Part shown: in pieces, positions 17,873-28,780 of the stretch
Numbering within the stretch: position 1 is the first letter of the stretch
How the letters are laid out: each line of letters opens with the position of its first letter
From: Polaromonas sp.
Lineage (GTDB): Bacteria > Pseudomonadota > Gammaproteobacteria > Burkholderiales > Burkholderiaceae_C
Direction: 5' to 3'
DNA: 64,000 bases
Assembly: GCA_043728315.1 (NCBI GenBank)
Contig: JAYTMT010000002.1
Span: 17,138-81,137 of the forward strand
Program-made: the position numbers and the translations under genes
Notes under the pieces: model-generated
Told to the model about the DNA's origin: nothing
The model's database searches: none
The model's input: the letters and a program-made list of their open reading frames with translations, nothing else

Positions 17873-20119
17873 TCAAAAAGCTCTTTTTTTAACTGCGGGT
17901 GCTTGCACCATCTCGTGCCAAGCCTTCACCAAGGCATCGGAGAAGGCTTCATCATTGATGTGATGAGGCAAGCGGATGAGTTGGCGCTGGCTGCCAGCGC
18001 GAAAATTCTTTTCAATTGCCTCAAACAAGGCGCGATTGGCCTCAGGATCGTGGAAAGGCTGGCCAGGCTTATCAATGGCCGATACGCCACCATCAGGAAT
18101 AAAGAAGCGCACAGGGCCACGCATGGCATTGAGTTTGCGGGCAATGAATTCACCCATCTGTTGGCACTCTTGCGCTGTGGTGCGCATCAATGTCACGGAG
18201 GGATTGTGTTTGTACAGTAAACGATTTTTGAATTTCTCTGGTACGGTGTTGAAGGCACCGAAATTCACCATGTCCAGCGCGCCGCAAGAGCCGATGTAGG
18301 GGATATCGCTTTGGGCAAACACGTCCATACGTGTTGCACCCGCTGAGAAGACACCGCCCACTAACTCATCCGCTATCTCTGTGGTGCTGATATCAAGCAC
18401 ACCGGCCAGCAAACCAGAATCCACCAGTTTTTCCATTGACTGCCCACCTACGCCTGTAGCATGGAAAACCAAGCAGTCATAGTCATGTTCTAGCTGCTTA
18501 GCCACAGCTTGCACGCAAGGCGTGGTCACGCCAAACATTGTCAAACCAATCGCGGGCTTGGTGTCGCTGCTTTGGATTGGCGGCTGCGCCACCATGCCTG
18601 CCAGCGCATGGGCTGCATTGCTCAGCACTTTCTCACTGATGCGATTGATGCCTTGCACATCTGTCACCGAATACATCATGCAAATATCGCTAGGACCCAC
18701 ATAGGGGCGCGTATCCCCGGATGCGACGGTGGAGACCATCACCTTGGGTACGCCAACCGGCAAAGCACGCATCGCGGGTGTGGCCAAAGATGTGCCGCCC
18801 GAGCCGCCTGCAGAAATAATGCCACCCACATCACGCCGCGTTTGGATGTAATGTTCAAAGGCGACAGCCATCGCACTCACCGCGCTGCCGCGATCACCGC
18901 TGAACACAGCGCTTTCTCCTTGCGGATGCAAGCGTGCCACCTCACGAGGATGCACGTTCGCGGTCGATGTACGGCCAGAAGTAGAGAGATCAACCGTGAC
19001 AACGCGCAGTCCGGTTTTCTCCAAGCACTGGCGAATGAAAAACAGCTCTCGCGCTTTGGTGTCAAACGTGCCTGCCACGTAAGCCGCGCGTGTGCTGCTG
19101 GTTGCGACTGGCAATTGCAACCCTTTTGCCATTGAAGCAATGCGTACTACTTGCTTGGATGGTTCGCTTTGAACAGCAAGCAAAGACGGTTGGCGCTCAA
19201 TGTCCGTGACTGCAACTTGCGTACTGCCCACATTCCAGCGATTGAATCCGCGCACACTGCCAGGCGCCGAATCCGACAAAGACTGCAAGCCATCAGCATG
19301 CGATCTTTTCACAGTCCACATCTTGGGAGTGGATTGATCGGTGAGCGCCGCAGGTTTTTCTTCTTCAGCACTATCGCCACTGGAGCGCACGCCAAGCAAA
19401 CGCTCTTGCAGCTCTCGATCAGCAGCAAGCGTGGCTTTATCCATCTGGTGGGCAATACGGCCATTGACCATGACGCCAATGCGATCTGCCACATCAATCG
19501 CCACACCTAGATTTTGCTCAATCAGCAAAATCGCCATCGAGCCCTCAGCAGCCAGCTCGCGCATGGCTTTGGCCACTTGCTCCACAATCACAGGAGCCAA
19601 GCCCTCGGTCGGCTCATCCATCACGAGCAAGCGGGGTTGAAGCAATAGGGCTCTGCCAATCGCTAACATTTGCTGCTCGCCGCCGGACAGCTGTGCTCCA
19701 CCATTGGATTTGCGCTCGGCCAAGCGCGGGAACATGTCATACACACGCTGCACATCGCGCTTGCGCGGAGCGACCAGAAGCAGCGTTTCATCCACTGTGA
19801 GGGATGGCCACACGCGCCGGCCTTGCGGCACATACGCCACACCATGCTTGGTGATGCGATTCGATGGCAGGCCCAAAACCTCTTGCCCCGCCACGCGGAT
19901 GCTGCCTGTGCCGGGTACGATGCCTGTCACGGCGTTGCACAGCGTGGTTTTTCCCATGCCATTGCGCCCCACAATCGCTGTGACGCCACGCTCCAGCGTC
20001 AAGCTCACATCTTGCAACGCATGCGCGCGCCCGTAGTAGACGTTGAGGCCTTTGATCTCCAGCATGGGAACAGACATGCCAGAGGGCTTGTCTGCGCGAT
20101 TTTTGCCAAACCAGCTCAT
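17873..20119 (-). CDS. fusion protein: LivF-like ABC ATPase (N-terminal) + UPF0261/Tm-1-like ATP-binding domain (C-terminal)
   Basis: Single uninterrupted 748-aa ORF. It has Walker [10 protein letters not shown], signature LSGGEQQ and Walker B LLVMDEP. After a ~100-aa linker comes [19 protein letters not shown]... (UPF0261-type). Confidence 0.75.
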   Translation of the reverse strand: MSWFGKNRADKPSGMSVPMLEIKGLNVYYGRAHALQDVSLTLERGVTAIVGRNGMGKTTLCNAVTGIVPGTGSIRVAGQEVLGLPSNRITKHGVAYVPQGRRVWPSLTVDETLLLVAPRKRDVQRVYDMFPRLAERKSNGGAQLSGGEQQMLAIGRALLLQPRLLVMDEPTEGLAPVIVEQVAKAMRELAAEGSMAILLIEQNLGVAIDVADRIGVMVNGRIAHQMDKATLAADRELQERLLGVRSSGDSAEEEKPAALTDQSTPKMWTVKRSHADGLQSLSDSAPGSVRGFNRWNVGSTQVAVTDIERQPSLLAVQSEPSKQVVRIASMAKGLQLPVATSSTRAAYVAGTFDTKARELFFIRQCLEKTGLRVVTVDLSTSGRTSTANVHPREVARLHPQGESAVFSGDRGSAVSAMAVAFEHYIQTRRDVGGIISAGGSGGTSLATPAMRALPVGVPKVMVSTVASGDTRPYVGPSDICMMYSVTDVQGINRISEKVLSNAAHALAGMVAQPPIQSSDTKPAIGLTMFGVTTPCVQAVAKQLEHDYDCLVFHATGVGGQSMEKLVDSGLLAGVLDISTTEIADELVGGVFSAGATRMDVFAQSDIPYIGSCGALDMVNFGAFNTVPEKFKNRLLYKHNPSVTLMRTTAQECQQMGEFIARKLNAMRGPVRFFIPDGGVSAIDKPGQPFHDPEANRALFEAIEKNFRAGSQRQLIRLPHHINDEAFSDALVKAWHEMVQAPAVKKRAF

Positions 20120-20940
20120 CAGTGCTTGCCTCCCATATAGATGGTCTGCACTTGCGCATCGTTTTCTATTTCGTTTGGCGTGCCTTCTTTAATCACACGT
20201 CCGTTGTGCATCACTGTGACACGCTCCACCACTTTGAGCGCGATATCCAAATCATGCTCAATCAATACAAAGCTCATGTGAGAAGGCAAGGAAGTCAGCA
20301 GCAGCACCAGCTCACGACGCTCTGCGGGCGACAAACCTGCGGCAGGCTCGTCAAACAATATCAAACGCGGCGCACCCGCCAGCGCCATACCAATTTCCAG
20401 CTGCCTTTGCTGGCCATGTGCGAGGTTAGCGACCGTTTCGTTGGAGATATGCGTCAACCGCGCACGTTCGAGCAAATCTTCAGTTGCAAGCATTGAGGCG
20501 TGCTGCTTACTAGGACGCAAAAAACTGTAGCGTCCAGAAGCTACACCACGCACCGCTAAAAATAAATTATCACGAACTGTTAGCTCGCGAAACAGCAAAG
20601 ACGACTGGTACGTGCGGCGCATGCCTTTGCGAATGCGCTCGAACGGGGTCAACTCAGTGATGTCTTCGCCGAAAAAATGAATCCGCCCAGATGTGGGCGG
20701 AAAGTCGCCAGTGATGGCGTTAAACAACGTGGTTTTACCCGCACCGTTGGAGCCCAAGATCGCATACTTCTGGCCAGCCGCCACAGTCAGGCTTACATCA
20801 TCCACGGCGCGCAAAGCGCCGAAAGCACGCGTCACACCCTTGAGGACAAGAGCGTCATTCGATGCGAGCTGCGATACCGGCGTCTTGGAAGAAGCAGGCA
20901 TAGCGCGCGTGGAGCTTGTTGACATGAGGTGGCTGTCCAA
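20119..20940 (-). CDS. ABC transporter ATP-binding protein (LivG-like)
   Basis: Walker [25 protein letters not shown], Walker B LILFDEP. Confidence 0.85.
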   Translation of the reverse strand: MDSHLMSTSSTRAMPASSKTPVSQLASNDALVLKGVTRAFGALRAVDDVSLTVAAGQKYAILGSNGAGKTTLFNAITGDFPPTSGRIHFFGEDITELTPFERIRKGMRRTYQSSLLFRELTVRDNLFLAVRGVASGRYSFLRPSKQHASMLATEDLLERARLTHISNETVANLAHGQQRQLEIGMALAGAPRLILFDEPAAGLSPAERRELVLLLTSLPSHMSFVLIEHDLDIALKVVERVTVMHNGRVIKEGTPNEIENDAQVQTIYMGGKH

Positions 20941-20966
20941 TACTTGTTCGTGGGCTCTAACGGGGT

Positions 20967-22223
20967 TTATGGGCAGTTAGGTGCGTCACGCGTACCGATG
21001 ACAAACTCTTCTTTCTTCAAGCCCAGCATCTGATCCACGTTGTCGCTGCGGCTGAGCACTTTGTTAAAGAGATTACCTTGTGCGTCCTTGCTCACCTCAA
21101 CTACGAAACTCGTGCCAATCGCTTGACGGTTAGCATCTAAGCGCACATCACCAGTGGGCGATTTGAGAACCATTTTGCTCAACGTATCACGGTATTTGGC
21201 TTGACCACCCGACAAATCACCGTTCACTGCGGCCAGGCCATCCAAGGCAGCTTTCATATTGAGGTAGTAAGACCAAGCAAACAAGCTGGGTGAGGGATAG
21301 GCACCAGAGGCCACTGTAAAGTTCTTCTGATAATCAGCCACAAAGGCTTTCCATTCTGGCGTGTCCAGCGCATCAGCGTAGGGTGCACCAGACAGAGTAC
21401 CCACCAGAGAATCCCTGCGCTTGCCGCGATAGTTCAGTACGTCTTGGCTCACGGTGATGGAGCCGCCCATGAGAGGCTTGTCTCCACCTGACGCTTCATA
21501 CTGGTTCAAGAAGTTCACAGCATCCGAACCACCCAACACAATCAGCAGAGCATCCACGTCTTTAGGAATACGGGCAATCACGGAGGAATAGTCTTTGCCG
21601 CCCAGTGGCACCCAAGCCTTCAATGGCACTTTGCCACCCAGCTTGCAGTATTCGGTCATGAAGCCTTGCACCTGCGAATAAGGGAAAGAATAGTCTTCCG
21701 CAATGATCATGGTGCGTTTGTAGCCTTTGGCCATCGCCGCTTTACCCAAACCCATCATCCACTGGCTGCCATCGGTGTTGAAACGGAAAAAATTGGGGCT
21801 TGGATTAACCAAAGTGGCAGCTTGTGCGCCCGAGCTACCGTTGATGAAGGTGATATTGGGTTGCGTCTTGGAATAGTCTTTCACTGCAACGCCTTCACCG
21901 CCAGACAGGGGGCCGACCATGATGTCTACTTTGTCTTGCTCTACCAGCTTGCGCGTGGCGTTCACTGCCACATCAGGTTGCGCATTCGAAGATGCCTTAA
22001 TGATTTCAATTTTGCGGCCAGCCACCACGCCATTGCGTTGCTTCACAGCCAACTCAGCACCGCGCATGCCATCCGCACCGCCAGCAGCAAAGGGGCCTTC
22101 TAGCGTCGCTAGTAAACCAATTTTAACGGTTGCACCTGATTGCGCGAACCCCATCGGCATGCAGGCGATAGCAATCGCAGCACCCACCAAGGTACGAGCC
22201 AGTATTCTCTTGTTAGTTTTCAC
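20967..22223 (-). CDS. ABC transporter substrate-binding protein (type 1 PBP, Leu/Ile/Val/amide-binding-like)
   Basis: Signal peptide (AIAIACMPMGFAQ-S). It starts VKIGLLATLEGPFAAGG as LivK/AmiC-type binding proteins do. Confidence 0.8.
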   Translation of the reverse strand: MKTNKRILARTLVGAAIAIACMPMGFAQSGATVKIGLLATLEGPFAAGGADGMRGAELAVKQRNGVVAGRKIEIIKASSNAQPDVAVNATRKLVEQDKVDIMVGPLSGGEGVAVKDYSKTQPNITFINGSSGAQAATLVNPSPNFFRFNTDGSQWMMGLGKAAMAKGYKRTMIIAEDYSFPYSQVQGFMTEYCKLGGKVPLKAWVPLGGKDYSSVIARIPKDVDALLIVLGGSDAVNFLNQYEASGGDKPLMGGSITVSQDVLNYRGKRRDSLVGTLSGAPYADALDTPEWKAFVADYQKNFTVASGAYPSPSLFAWSYYLNMKAALDGLAAVNGDLSGGQAKYRDTLSKMVLKSPTGDVRLDANRQAIGTSFVVEVSKDAQGNLFNKVLSRSDNVDQMLGLKKEEFVIGTRDAPNCP

Positions 22224-22257
22224 AATGATCTCCTTCGTCGTTGATAAAAGGTACGTG

Positions 22258-23394
22258 TTAGCGTACGGTAGTTTTGATAGACAGCTTGGGTAATAGGCGT
22301 GCTTTCATACGCGCCCACAACCCAAGCAAACCATCAGGGGAAAAAAGAACAATTGCCAGAAAAACACCACCGATCACGAGATTAAATCGCTCGCGATTGA
22401 TCAAGTCGATGGCAAAAGTCTGTAGCAGTATAAAAATAATTGCACCCAAGAATGCGCCTATTGGATGCTTCATGCCGCCCAGCACGGCAATCACCAAAAT
22501 ATTGATGAGCCAGCCAGTATTGACCGAGCCTGGCGTGATCAAGCCGTTGTACCAAACCAGCATCACACCGCCCACGGCTGCAATAAAACCCGACACTGCA
22601 TACGCCGCCAAACGATGGGCTGTGACGTTAAAGCCCAGAGAATTCATACGCCTTGCGTTGTCGCGTGTGCCTTGCAATGCAATGCCAAAAGGCGTACGAA
22701 TCAAGTGTTTTACAAAGAAGTACCCCGCCAAGGCGAGCGCTAAGCTCAGGTAATAGAAGGGCAGCGGCGAGCGCCAATCAACACCGAACAATTTCGGTGG
22801 ATAAACTTTTTGAAAGCCTTGAAAACCATTAAAGACGCTGTAGTTTTGCAAAACCAAATAATAAAAAGCTGCACCAATCGCGACTGTGATCATGATCGTG
22901 TAAATGCCTTCGGTGCGCACAGACAAAAAGCCGATCAACACAGAGCACGCAGTGGCTATGGCCAGCGCAAATATAAGCGCCACCCACCATGGCCAATTCA
23001 GACTAATTTCCGGCGAGCCGCTAGCGCCCAAAATAGCGACTGCATAGCCAGCAATACCAGCCACAGTCATTTGCGCAAGCGACACCATGCCGCCATACCC
23101 TCCTAAAAAAGTGAGTGATAGAGCGATCAAACCAAAAATCAAGGACTGTGCACCGATTTGAAACGCCAAAAATGGCGATACCAGCAAGGGAAATGACAGC
23201 ACAAACAACATGATCGCCACATGTCGGATGCCAACGGTTGTGATGGTGTCACGCATCCATTCATAGGAAGGCTGTGCTTGCGCGCCTGCATGCTTGGCAG
23301 CATGCGACCCCGCCGCCTTGCTTACAGAAGTACCTTGACGCAAAGCAGAATTTGCATCGCGGTTCATGGCTTGCCGCCAGCGAGAGGCGCTCAT
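22258..23394 (-). CDS. branched-chain amino acid-type ABC permease (LivM-like)
   Basis: Polytopic membrane protein with a 4-nt overlap with the LivH-like gene. Confidence 0.8.
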   Translation of the reverse strand: MSASRWRQAMNRDANSALRQGTSVSKAAGSHAAKHAGAQAQPSYEWMRDTITTVGIRHVAIMLFVLSFPLLVSPFLAFQIGAQSLIFGLIALSLTFLGGYGGMVSLAQMTVAGIAGYAVAILGASGSPEISLNWPWWVALIFALAIATACSVLIGFLSVRTEGIYTIMITVAIGAAFYYLVLQNYSVFNGFQGFQKVYPPKLFGVDWRSPLPFYYLSLALALAGYFFVKHLIRTPFGIALQGTRDNARRMNSLGFNVTAHRLAAYAVSGFIAAVGGVMLVWYNGLITPGSVNTGWLINILVIAVLGGMKHPIGAFLGAIIFILLQTFAIDLINRERFNLVIGGVFLAIVLFSPDGLLGLWARMKARLLPKLSIKTTVR

Positions 23395-24347
23395 GTTGCT
23401 TTCCCCATGATGCCGCGCGGGCGAAATGCCAAGACCACAATCAAAATCACAAAAGTAAACACCACGCTGTAGGTTGGTGCATAGGCCAAGCCGTAGGTTT
23501 CAGCCAAACCCAAAATTACTGCGCCAATCGCTGCTCCCACGACACTGCCCATGCCACCCACAATCACTACTATCAACGAAGCCAGAAGCAAACGCGTATC
23601 TTCGCCTGGCACGATGGACAGTTCAACCGAACCGATCACGCCACCCAAGCCAGCCAATCCAGCTCCGAGTGCAAACGTGACGGCAAAAATCAAATTTACA
23701 TTCACTCCTGCAGCAGAAAGCATGGCGCGATCATCTACGCCTGCGCGTATCATCATGCCGACTCGGGTTTTGCTAAGTAACAACCACAGTGCAACACCGA
23801 TTACGATACCCATGCCTAGCAGGCTCAGTCGGTAAGCGGAGTATGCATTGATGATGGGCAATCCTCTGATGGGGCCTTGTAGCCACTCGGGCGCTTCCAT
23901 TTGATAGACCTGTGCAGTAAAAACCCACAGCAAAATATCCGCAATCACGATTGACAAACCAATAGTGACCATGGTCTGGCGCAGGTCTTGGTTTTGCATA
24001 TGCCGCAGGATCAGCACCTGCATCAACAGCCCAACCAAAGCAGCAGCGCCAAAGCCAGCAGCAATCGCAAGTACCCAATAACCTGTTTTGGCGGCGACCA
24101 AATAGCCCACGTATCCACCGAGTAAATACAAAGAGCCATGTGCTAAATTCACATTGCGCATCAGTCCAAAAACCAAAGTGAAACCGCTAGCTACTATGAA
24201 ATAGAGCGACGCTAATGTAAGGCTGTTGAGCAGAGTAACAAAATACAGGCGCAGATTGTCCGCAATCGCCCAAGCGCTGAATATGGCGATCGGGCCGCCC
24301 ACCAAAATCCACAAAGCGATCTTTTGATTGCGCGTCATGCTGCCCAC
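23391..24347 (-). CDS. branched-chain amino acid-type ABC permease (LivH-like)
   Basis: 318-aa polytopic membrane protein in a LivH-like position and of LivH-like size. Confidence 0.8.
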   Translation of the reverse strand: MGSMTRNQKIALWILVGGPIAIFSAWAIADNLRLYFVTLLNSLTLASLYFIVASGFTLVFGLMRNVNLAHGSLYLLGGYVGYLVAAKTGYWVLAIAAGFGAAALVGLLMQVLILRHMQNQDLRQTMVTIGLSIVIADILLWVFTAQVYQMEAPEWLQGPIRGLPIINAYSAYRLSLLGMGIVIGVALWLLLSKTRVGMMIRAGVDDRAMLSAAGVNVNLIFAVTFALGAGLAGLGGVIGSVELSIVPGEDTRLLLASLIVVIVGGMGSVVGAAIGAVILGLAETYGLAYAPTYSVVFTFVILIVVLAFRPRGIMGKAT

Positions 24348-25624
24348 CCGCGCATACTGCTGCGGCTATCTAAAGCTGGTGTTTTCACAAACTTACCGTC
24401 TTTCATCACGGCCAGCATGCGATCTGGCTTGCGCAGAATACCCAAATTCGCCAAAGGATCACCGTCAACTAGGAGCAGGTCAGCGAGATAGCCTTCTTTT
24501 ACCAATCCCAGCTCGTGAGGGCGCATCATGATTTGGCCTCCAAGCTGTGTTGCACTGCGTAGCGCTTGAGCTGGCGTGAAGCCGAGGTATTTTACAAAGA
24601 ACTCCAAATCGCGGGCATTTTGGCCATGCGGCGTGAAGGCAAAGCCGTAATCGCCGCCAGGCAAAACACGGATGCCGCGCTTGCGCATCGCGTTCAGGGA
24701 CTGGAGTGCTGCATCCCATTCGATTTGGTAGCCCATCTCTACGGCTTTGGCATGTGTCGTGCCCCAAGGTTCGGCCTCATAGAGCATGGCATACAGGATG
24801 GCAATACCAGGCGCAACAAATACACGATCACGTGCGGCTTCCAGCATATCCAGTGTTTTTTCATCGGTAAAGCTGGCGTGATAAATCAAATCAATGCCAT
24901 GGCGCAGCGCTTGTTGAATGCTCGCGTTGGATCGCGCATGCGCAATGCCTCGCTTGCCTCGCGTGCGCACCTCATGCATGGCCGCTGCTACTTCTTCATC
25001 ACCCATCCAAGTGGTTTCTGCAGGCGCGTCTGGCACAAAATTGTCGCCCGATAGATTGAGCTTGATCGAATCCACACCGTACTTCAAGAATGTGCGTACC
25101 GCTTTGCGCATCTCATCAGCGCCGCTTACAACCACGCCAAAGCTGAACTCTGGGAAAGGTAAGTGGGATAGCATTTCATCACCCAAACCACCCGCCACAG
25201 TGATTTCTTGGCTAGCTGCCAAGTAGCGTGGCCCAGGAATTTGACCGGCGTTGATGGCATTGCGGATCACAACATCCAAGCGTGGCTTAGCGCAAGCGGC
25301 ACCCAGGCATGATGTCCAGCCAGCCATGAGGTATTGCTTGGCCACTTTGGTACACCACAGCACATGCTCTTCCACTGGCATGGTTTGAATAGCGGACAGG
25401 GTGGCAGCATCGTTCCAAGAGAAATGCGTGTGCGCCTCGACCATGCCAGGCATGAGGGTTGCACCTGCGCCATCGATCACCATGGCATCGCCAATAGAGA
25501 GGCCATGGCTGTTGTGGCTGACCCGCTCTATACGCTGGCCTTGCACGATAACGCTGCCCATGAACGGCTGCTCCCCCGTGCCATCGAAGATGCGAACGTT
25601 AGTGAAATGGATCCGATTAGTCAT
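24335..25624 (-). CDS. amidohydrolase family protein (paralog 2)
   Basis: Track ORF 24335..25696. ATG 25624 (MTNRIHFTNVRIFDG) has a GAGG RBS and avoids overlap with the upstream gene. Metal motif EAHTHFSW. Confidence 0.8.
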   Translation of the reverse strand: MTNRIHFTNVRIFDGTGEQPFMGSVIVQGQRIERVSHNSHGLSIGDAMVIDGAGATLMPGMVEAHTHFSWNDAATLSAIQTMPVEEHVLWCTKVAKQYLMAGWTSCLGAACAKPRLDVVIRNAINAGQIPGPRYLAASQEITVAGGLGDEMLSHLPFPEFSFGVVVSGADEMRKAVRTFLKYGVDSIKLNLSGDNFVPDAPAETTWMGDEEVAAAMHEVRTRGKRGIAHARSNASIQQALRHGIDLIYHASFTDEKTLDMLEAARDRVFVAPGIAILYAMLYEAEPWGTTHAKAVEMGYQIEWDAALQSLNAMRKRGIRVLPGGDYGFAFTPHGQNARDLEFFVKYLGFTPAQALRSATQLGGQIMMRPHELGLVKEGYLADLLLVDGDPLANLGILRKPDRMLAVMKDGKFVKTPALDSRSSMRGWAA

Positions 25625-25634
25625 ATTCTTCGCC

Positions 25635-26936
25635 TCATGCATTCCAGCGCGTGGCTTGCGTGTTGCGCACGGGTGGCTTGCGGTGGAATTTGCCATCTTT
25701 CATGACAGAAAGAATGCGTTTCTTGTCTTGCAGCACCGTGATATCCGTCAGTGGATCGCCATCAATGAGTAAGATATCAGCTAGGTAGCCTTCTTGAATT
25801 TTTCCAAGCTGCTTGCCCAACTTCATTATTGGGCCGCCCCATGCTGTTGCAGACAGCAATGCTTCCATATTGGACATGCCCACGTACTTCACAAAGTACT
25901 CCAAATCTCTGGCATTGGTGCCGTGGGGTGTCCAAGCAAATCCGTAATCACCACCGGGCAGGATGCGCACGCCGCGCTTGTGCAAGGCGCGCATGCTTTC
26001 CATAGCTGCATCAAGCTCGCGGAAATAGCCCATTTTCTTTGCCGCCTCGGGCGTGATGCCCCATTCGCTGGCGTTGTGGCAGGTATTGATCAGCCATGCC
26101 AAGCCGGGTGCAATGAAGTGCCTGCGCTTGCTTTCCTCAAGCATGTCCAGTGTTTCGCTGTCTGTGAAGCTGGCGTGATAGATCACTTCGATGCCATGTT
26201 TAATGCATTGCTGAATCGACCAGGTAGATCGCGCATGGGCTGCAACGCGCTTGCCCCAAGCCTTGGCCTCTTGCACGCAGGTTTTGATTTCTTCTTCTGT
26301 GAATTGGCTCATCTCACTTGGCATGCCTGTGATGGATTCACCCGAGAGATTGATCTTGAGCGAATCTACGCCGTATTTGGTGAACATACGCACGCAGCGG
26401 CGCATTTCTTCCACGCCGCTGACCACTGCACCAAAAGCGAATTCTGATTGTGGCAAATGCGGCTGTGTGGTATCTCCCAAGCCCCCCGGTACCGTAATTT
26501 CTTGGCTTGCTGCCAGATAGCGCGGACCAATTATCGTGCCATCATTAATCGCATTGCGGATGACCACGTCAAGCCTAGGCTTAGCAGTCGCTGCGCCCAC
26601 GCAGCTCGTCCAGCCCATATCCAGATACCGCTCGGCTACTTGTGCGCACCACAAAATATGCTCCTCGGGCGGCATGCGCTGAATCGCATCTAGGCTGGGC
26701 TGGTCATTCCAAGAAAAATGTGTGTGCGCTTCGATCATGCCAGGCATCAAAAATGCGCCCGCACCATCAATCGTCTGCACGCCGTGCACGACTGAGCTGC
26801 TGCCATAGGAGGAGCGGCTCACGCGCGCAATCCGATTGCCCTGCACCAGCACTTCACCACGGAAGGGCTGCTCGCCTGATGCATCAAAGATGCGCACATT
26901 AGTAAATAAAACATCGCTCACGGTTGTATCCTTCAA
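25635..26936 (-). CDS. amidohydrolase family protein (paralog 1)
   Basis: 433 aa. It is collinear with and similar to the downstream paralog (FTNVRIFDASGEQPF..., MIEAHTHFSWND). Confidence 0.8.
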   Translation of the reverse strand: MKDTTVSDVLFTNVRIFDASGEQPFRGEVLVQGNRIARVSRSSYGSSSVVHGVQTIDGAGAFLMPGMIEAHTHFSWNDQPSLDAIQRMPPEEHILWCAQVAERYLDMGWTSCVGAATAKPRLDVVIRNAINDGTIIGPRYLAASQEITVPGGLGDTTQPHLPQSEFAFGAVVSGVEEMRRCVRMFTKYGVDSLKINLSGESITGMPSEMSQFTEEEIKTCVQEAKAWGKRVAAHARSTWSIQQCIKHGIEVIYHASFTDSETLDMLEESKRRHFIAPGLAWLINTCHNASEWGITPEAAKKMGYFRELDAAMESMRALHKRGVRILPGGDYGFAWTPHGTNARDLEYFVKYVGMSNMEALLSATAWGGPIMKLGKQLGKIQEGYLADILLIDGDPLTDITVLQDKKRILSVMKDGKFHRKPPVRNTQATRWNA

Positions 26937-27736
26937 CGTTGACGATCAAGAAAATCACGCAGGAGGCGGCGGCATGCATCGACACGCTCCAGCATCGGCC
27001 AATGGCCACATTTGTTCAAAATCTCAAGACGTGTTTGCGGCAGGCGAGCCATCAGCTCCCGCGCTCCCGCAAGGGGAGTGACGACATCTTCATCCCCAGT
27101 CACCAACAACGTGGGGCACTTGATTTTTTCTAAAGTTGTTGGCATTGCCTGCGCAAGCAGCAAACAGTTGCGTGCATAGCCTTCGGGATCTTGCCCCATG
27201 ATGCTTTCACGCACATATGCCACCGTTACAGGTTGTGTTTCTTTGGTTGAAACAGACAGTGCTGCATTGGAGACGGCTATCGCAGCCTCGAAGTTACCCT
27301 TCTCGCGCACCAAGGGTGCACGTGCGTTCATGACGTCGCGCATACCCTGTGGTGGCTGCAAAAGTGAAGCAAAGAGCGTCATACTTTTTACCAGCTTAGG
27401 ATCTTTCACAGCCACAAAGGGGCAGACGATGGTGCTCAATGAATGCCCCACCAAATGCATCTGCTGTACACCCAAGGCCTGACACACATCGATCACAGAT
27501 TGCGCTACCACATCAGCCGTTAGTTGGCCCTTATGCGCCGTGTTTTCAGACAGGGCATAAGCATTATTGGAGCGCCCAGCACCTGGCGTATCAATGCGAA
27601 TCAGTTTGTAGTTTTGCAGCACGGGCATCAGCGGTGCCCACACATTCATCGAACCACCCAAGCCGTGAACCATGACGACGGCCTCACCCTCGCCCTCCAC
27701 GTCAACGGCCATCTTGTCGATCCATTGAATAGCCAT
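26933..27736 (-). CDS. alpha/beta hydrolase
   Basis: VMVHGLGGS oxyanion region and a GHSLS nucleophile elbow. 4-nt overlap with the downstream gene. Confidence 0.8.
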   Translation of the reverse strand: MAIQWIDKMAVDVEGEGEAVVMVHGLGGSMNVWAPLMPVLQNYKLIRIDTPGAGRSNNAYALSENTAHKGQLTADVVAQSVIDVCQALGVQQMHLVGHSLSTIVCPFVAVKDPKLVKSMTLFASLLQPPQGMRDVMNARAPLVREKGNFEAAIAVSNAALSVSTKETQPVTVAYVRESIMGQDPEGYARNCLLLAQAMPTTLEKIKCPTLLVTGDEDVVTPLAGARELMARLPQTRLEILNKCGHWPMLERVDACRRLLRDFLDRQR

Positions 27737-27745
27737 GTTATGCCT

Positions 27746-28612
27746 TCAGACGAAACGGTTTTCGATGGCGCCAATGCCATCGATTTCAACGCGAACCACA
27801 TCAGCGGCCTTCAGATAGCGTGGTGGCTTCATGCCCATGCCCACACCCGCGGGTGTGCCGGTGGCAATCACATCGCCCGGCAGCAGCGTGATGCCGCGCG
27901 AGCAGGTTTCGATCAAAGTTGGGATGTCAAAAATCAGATCTTGGGTGTTGCCATCTTGCCGCAGCTCGCCATTGACCCAACCGCGCACGCGAATGTTGTC
28001 GTGTTTTAGCGCGTCAGATGTCACGATCCATGGCCCCATCGGGCAAAAGGTATCGAAGCTTTTGCCCAGATCCCATTGGGAATGCCGCATTTGCACATCA
28101 CGCGCTGTTACATCGTTGACAACCGTGTAGCCAAAGACATGTTCCATAGCCTGTGCAGCCGTGATGTTTTTGCCACCACGACCGATGATGACGGCTAGTT
28201 CGGACTCATAGTCAATTTGCACAGATACTGCTGCACCGGGGAGTACAACGTCATCATAGGGACCGACTACGCATTGGGCCAACTTAGTGAACACAATTGG
28301 CCATTGGCCTTGGTCGCTTGCATTGCTAGTAAAGACACTGCCTGCTAGCTCGGCTGCATGTGCACGGTAATTGCGCCCTACGCAGAATATGCCGCGCTGG
28401 GCCTTAAACAATGGCGCTAGCAATTGCACGGCACTAACAGGCAAGCGCGTGCCCTTTGCAGCGGGTAGCGCCTCACCCCTTACCAAGCTATGAATCAAGG
28501 GGAGAACACCTAGGGATGAATCCGATATGTCAAGCGCAGTTAATTCCTGCCCATTTGCAGAGACTATACCGATCTGAGGCTTACCGCCCCACAACCAACT
28601 AGCTAAACGCAT
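27746..28612 (-). CDS. fumarylacetoacetate hydrolase (FAH) family protein
   Basis: CVGRNYRAHAAE and GDVIATGTPAGVG motifs. The track ORF starts at TTG 28645; ATG 28612 (MRLASWLWGG) is the likelier start. Confidence 0.8.
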   Translation of the reverse strand: MRLASWLWGGKPQIGIVSANGQELTALDISDSSLGVLPLIHSLVRGEALPAAKGTRLPVSAVQLLAPLFKAQRGIFCVGRNYRAHAAELAGSVFTSNASDQGQWPIVFTKLAQCVVGPYDDVVLPGAAVSVQIDYESELAVIIGRGGKNITAAQAMEHVFGYTVVNDVTARDVQMRHSQWDLGKSFDTFCPMGPWIVTSDALKHDNIRVRGWVNGELRQDGNTQDLIFDIPTLIETCSRGITLLPGDVIATGTPAGVGMGMKPPRYLKAADVVRVEIDGIGAIENRFV

Positions 28613-28683
28613 GAAATTTGCCTCATATACATGGGATTCGCGCAACCCAACTGGAAACTATCTATGCCTCGATTTTGATCAAA

Positions 28684-28701
28684 ATGAGACAGTAGTCTCA
28701 T
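28684..28701. promoter_or_regulatory. 7-4-7 palindrome, candidate TetR operator in the divergent promoter region
   Basis: atgagac-agta-gtctcat lies between the FAH-operon start and the tetR start. Confidence 0.35.
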
Positions 28702-28780
28702 AATGAACTTGCCGTATCATAATCAGATCAATCTTTTGCTGCAATTGCTTTTACAACAATAAAGACTAGGAGTTTCCCTT

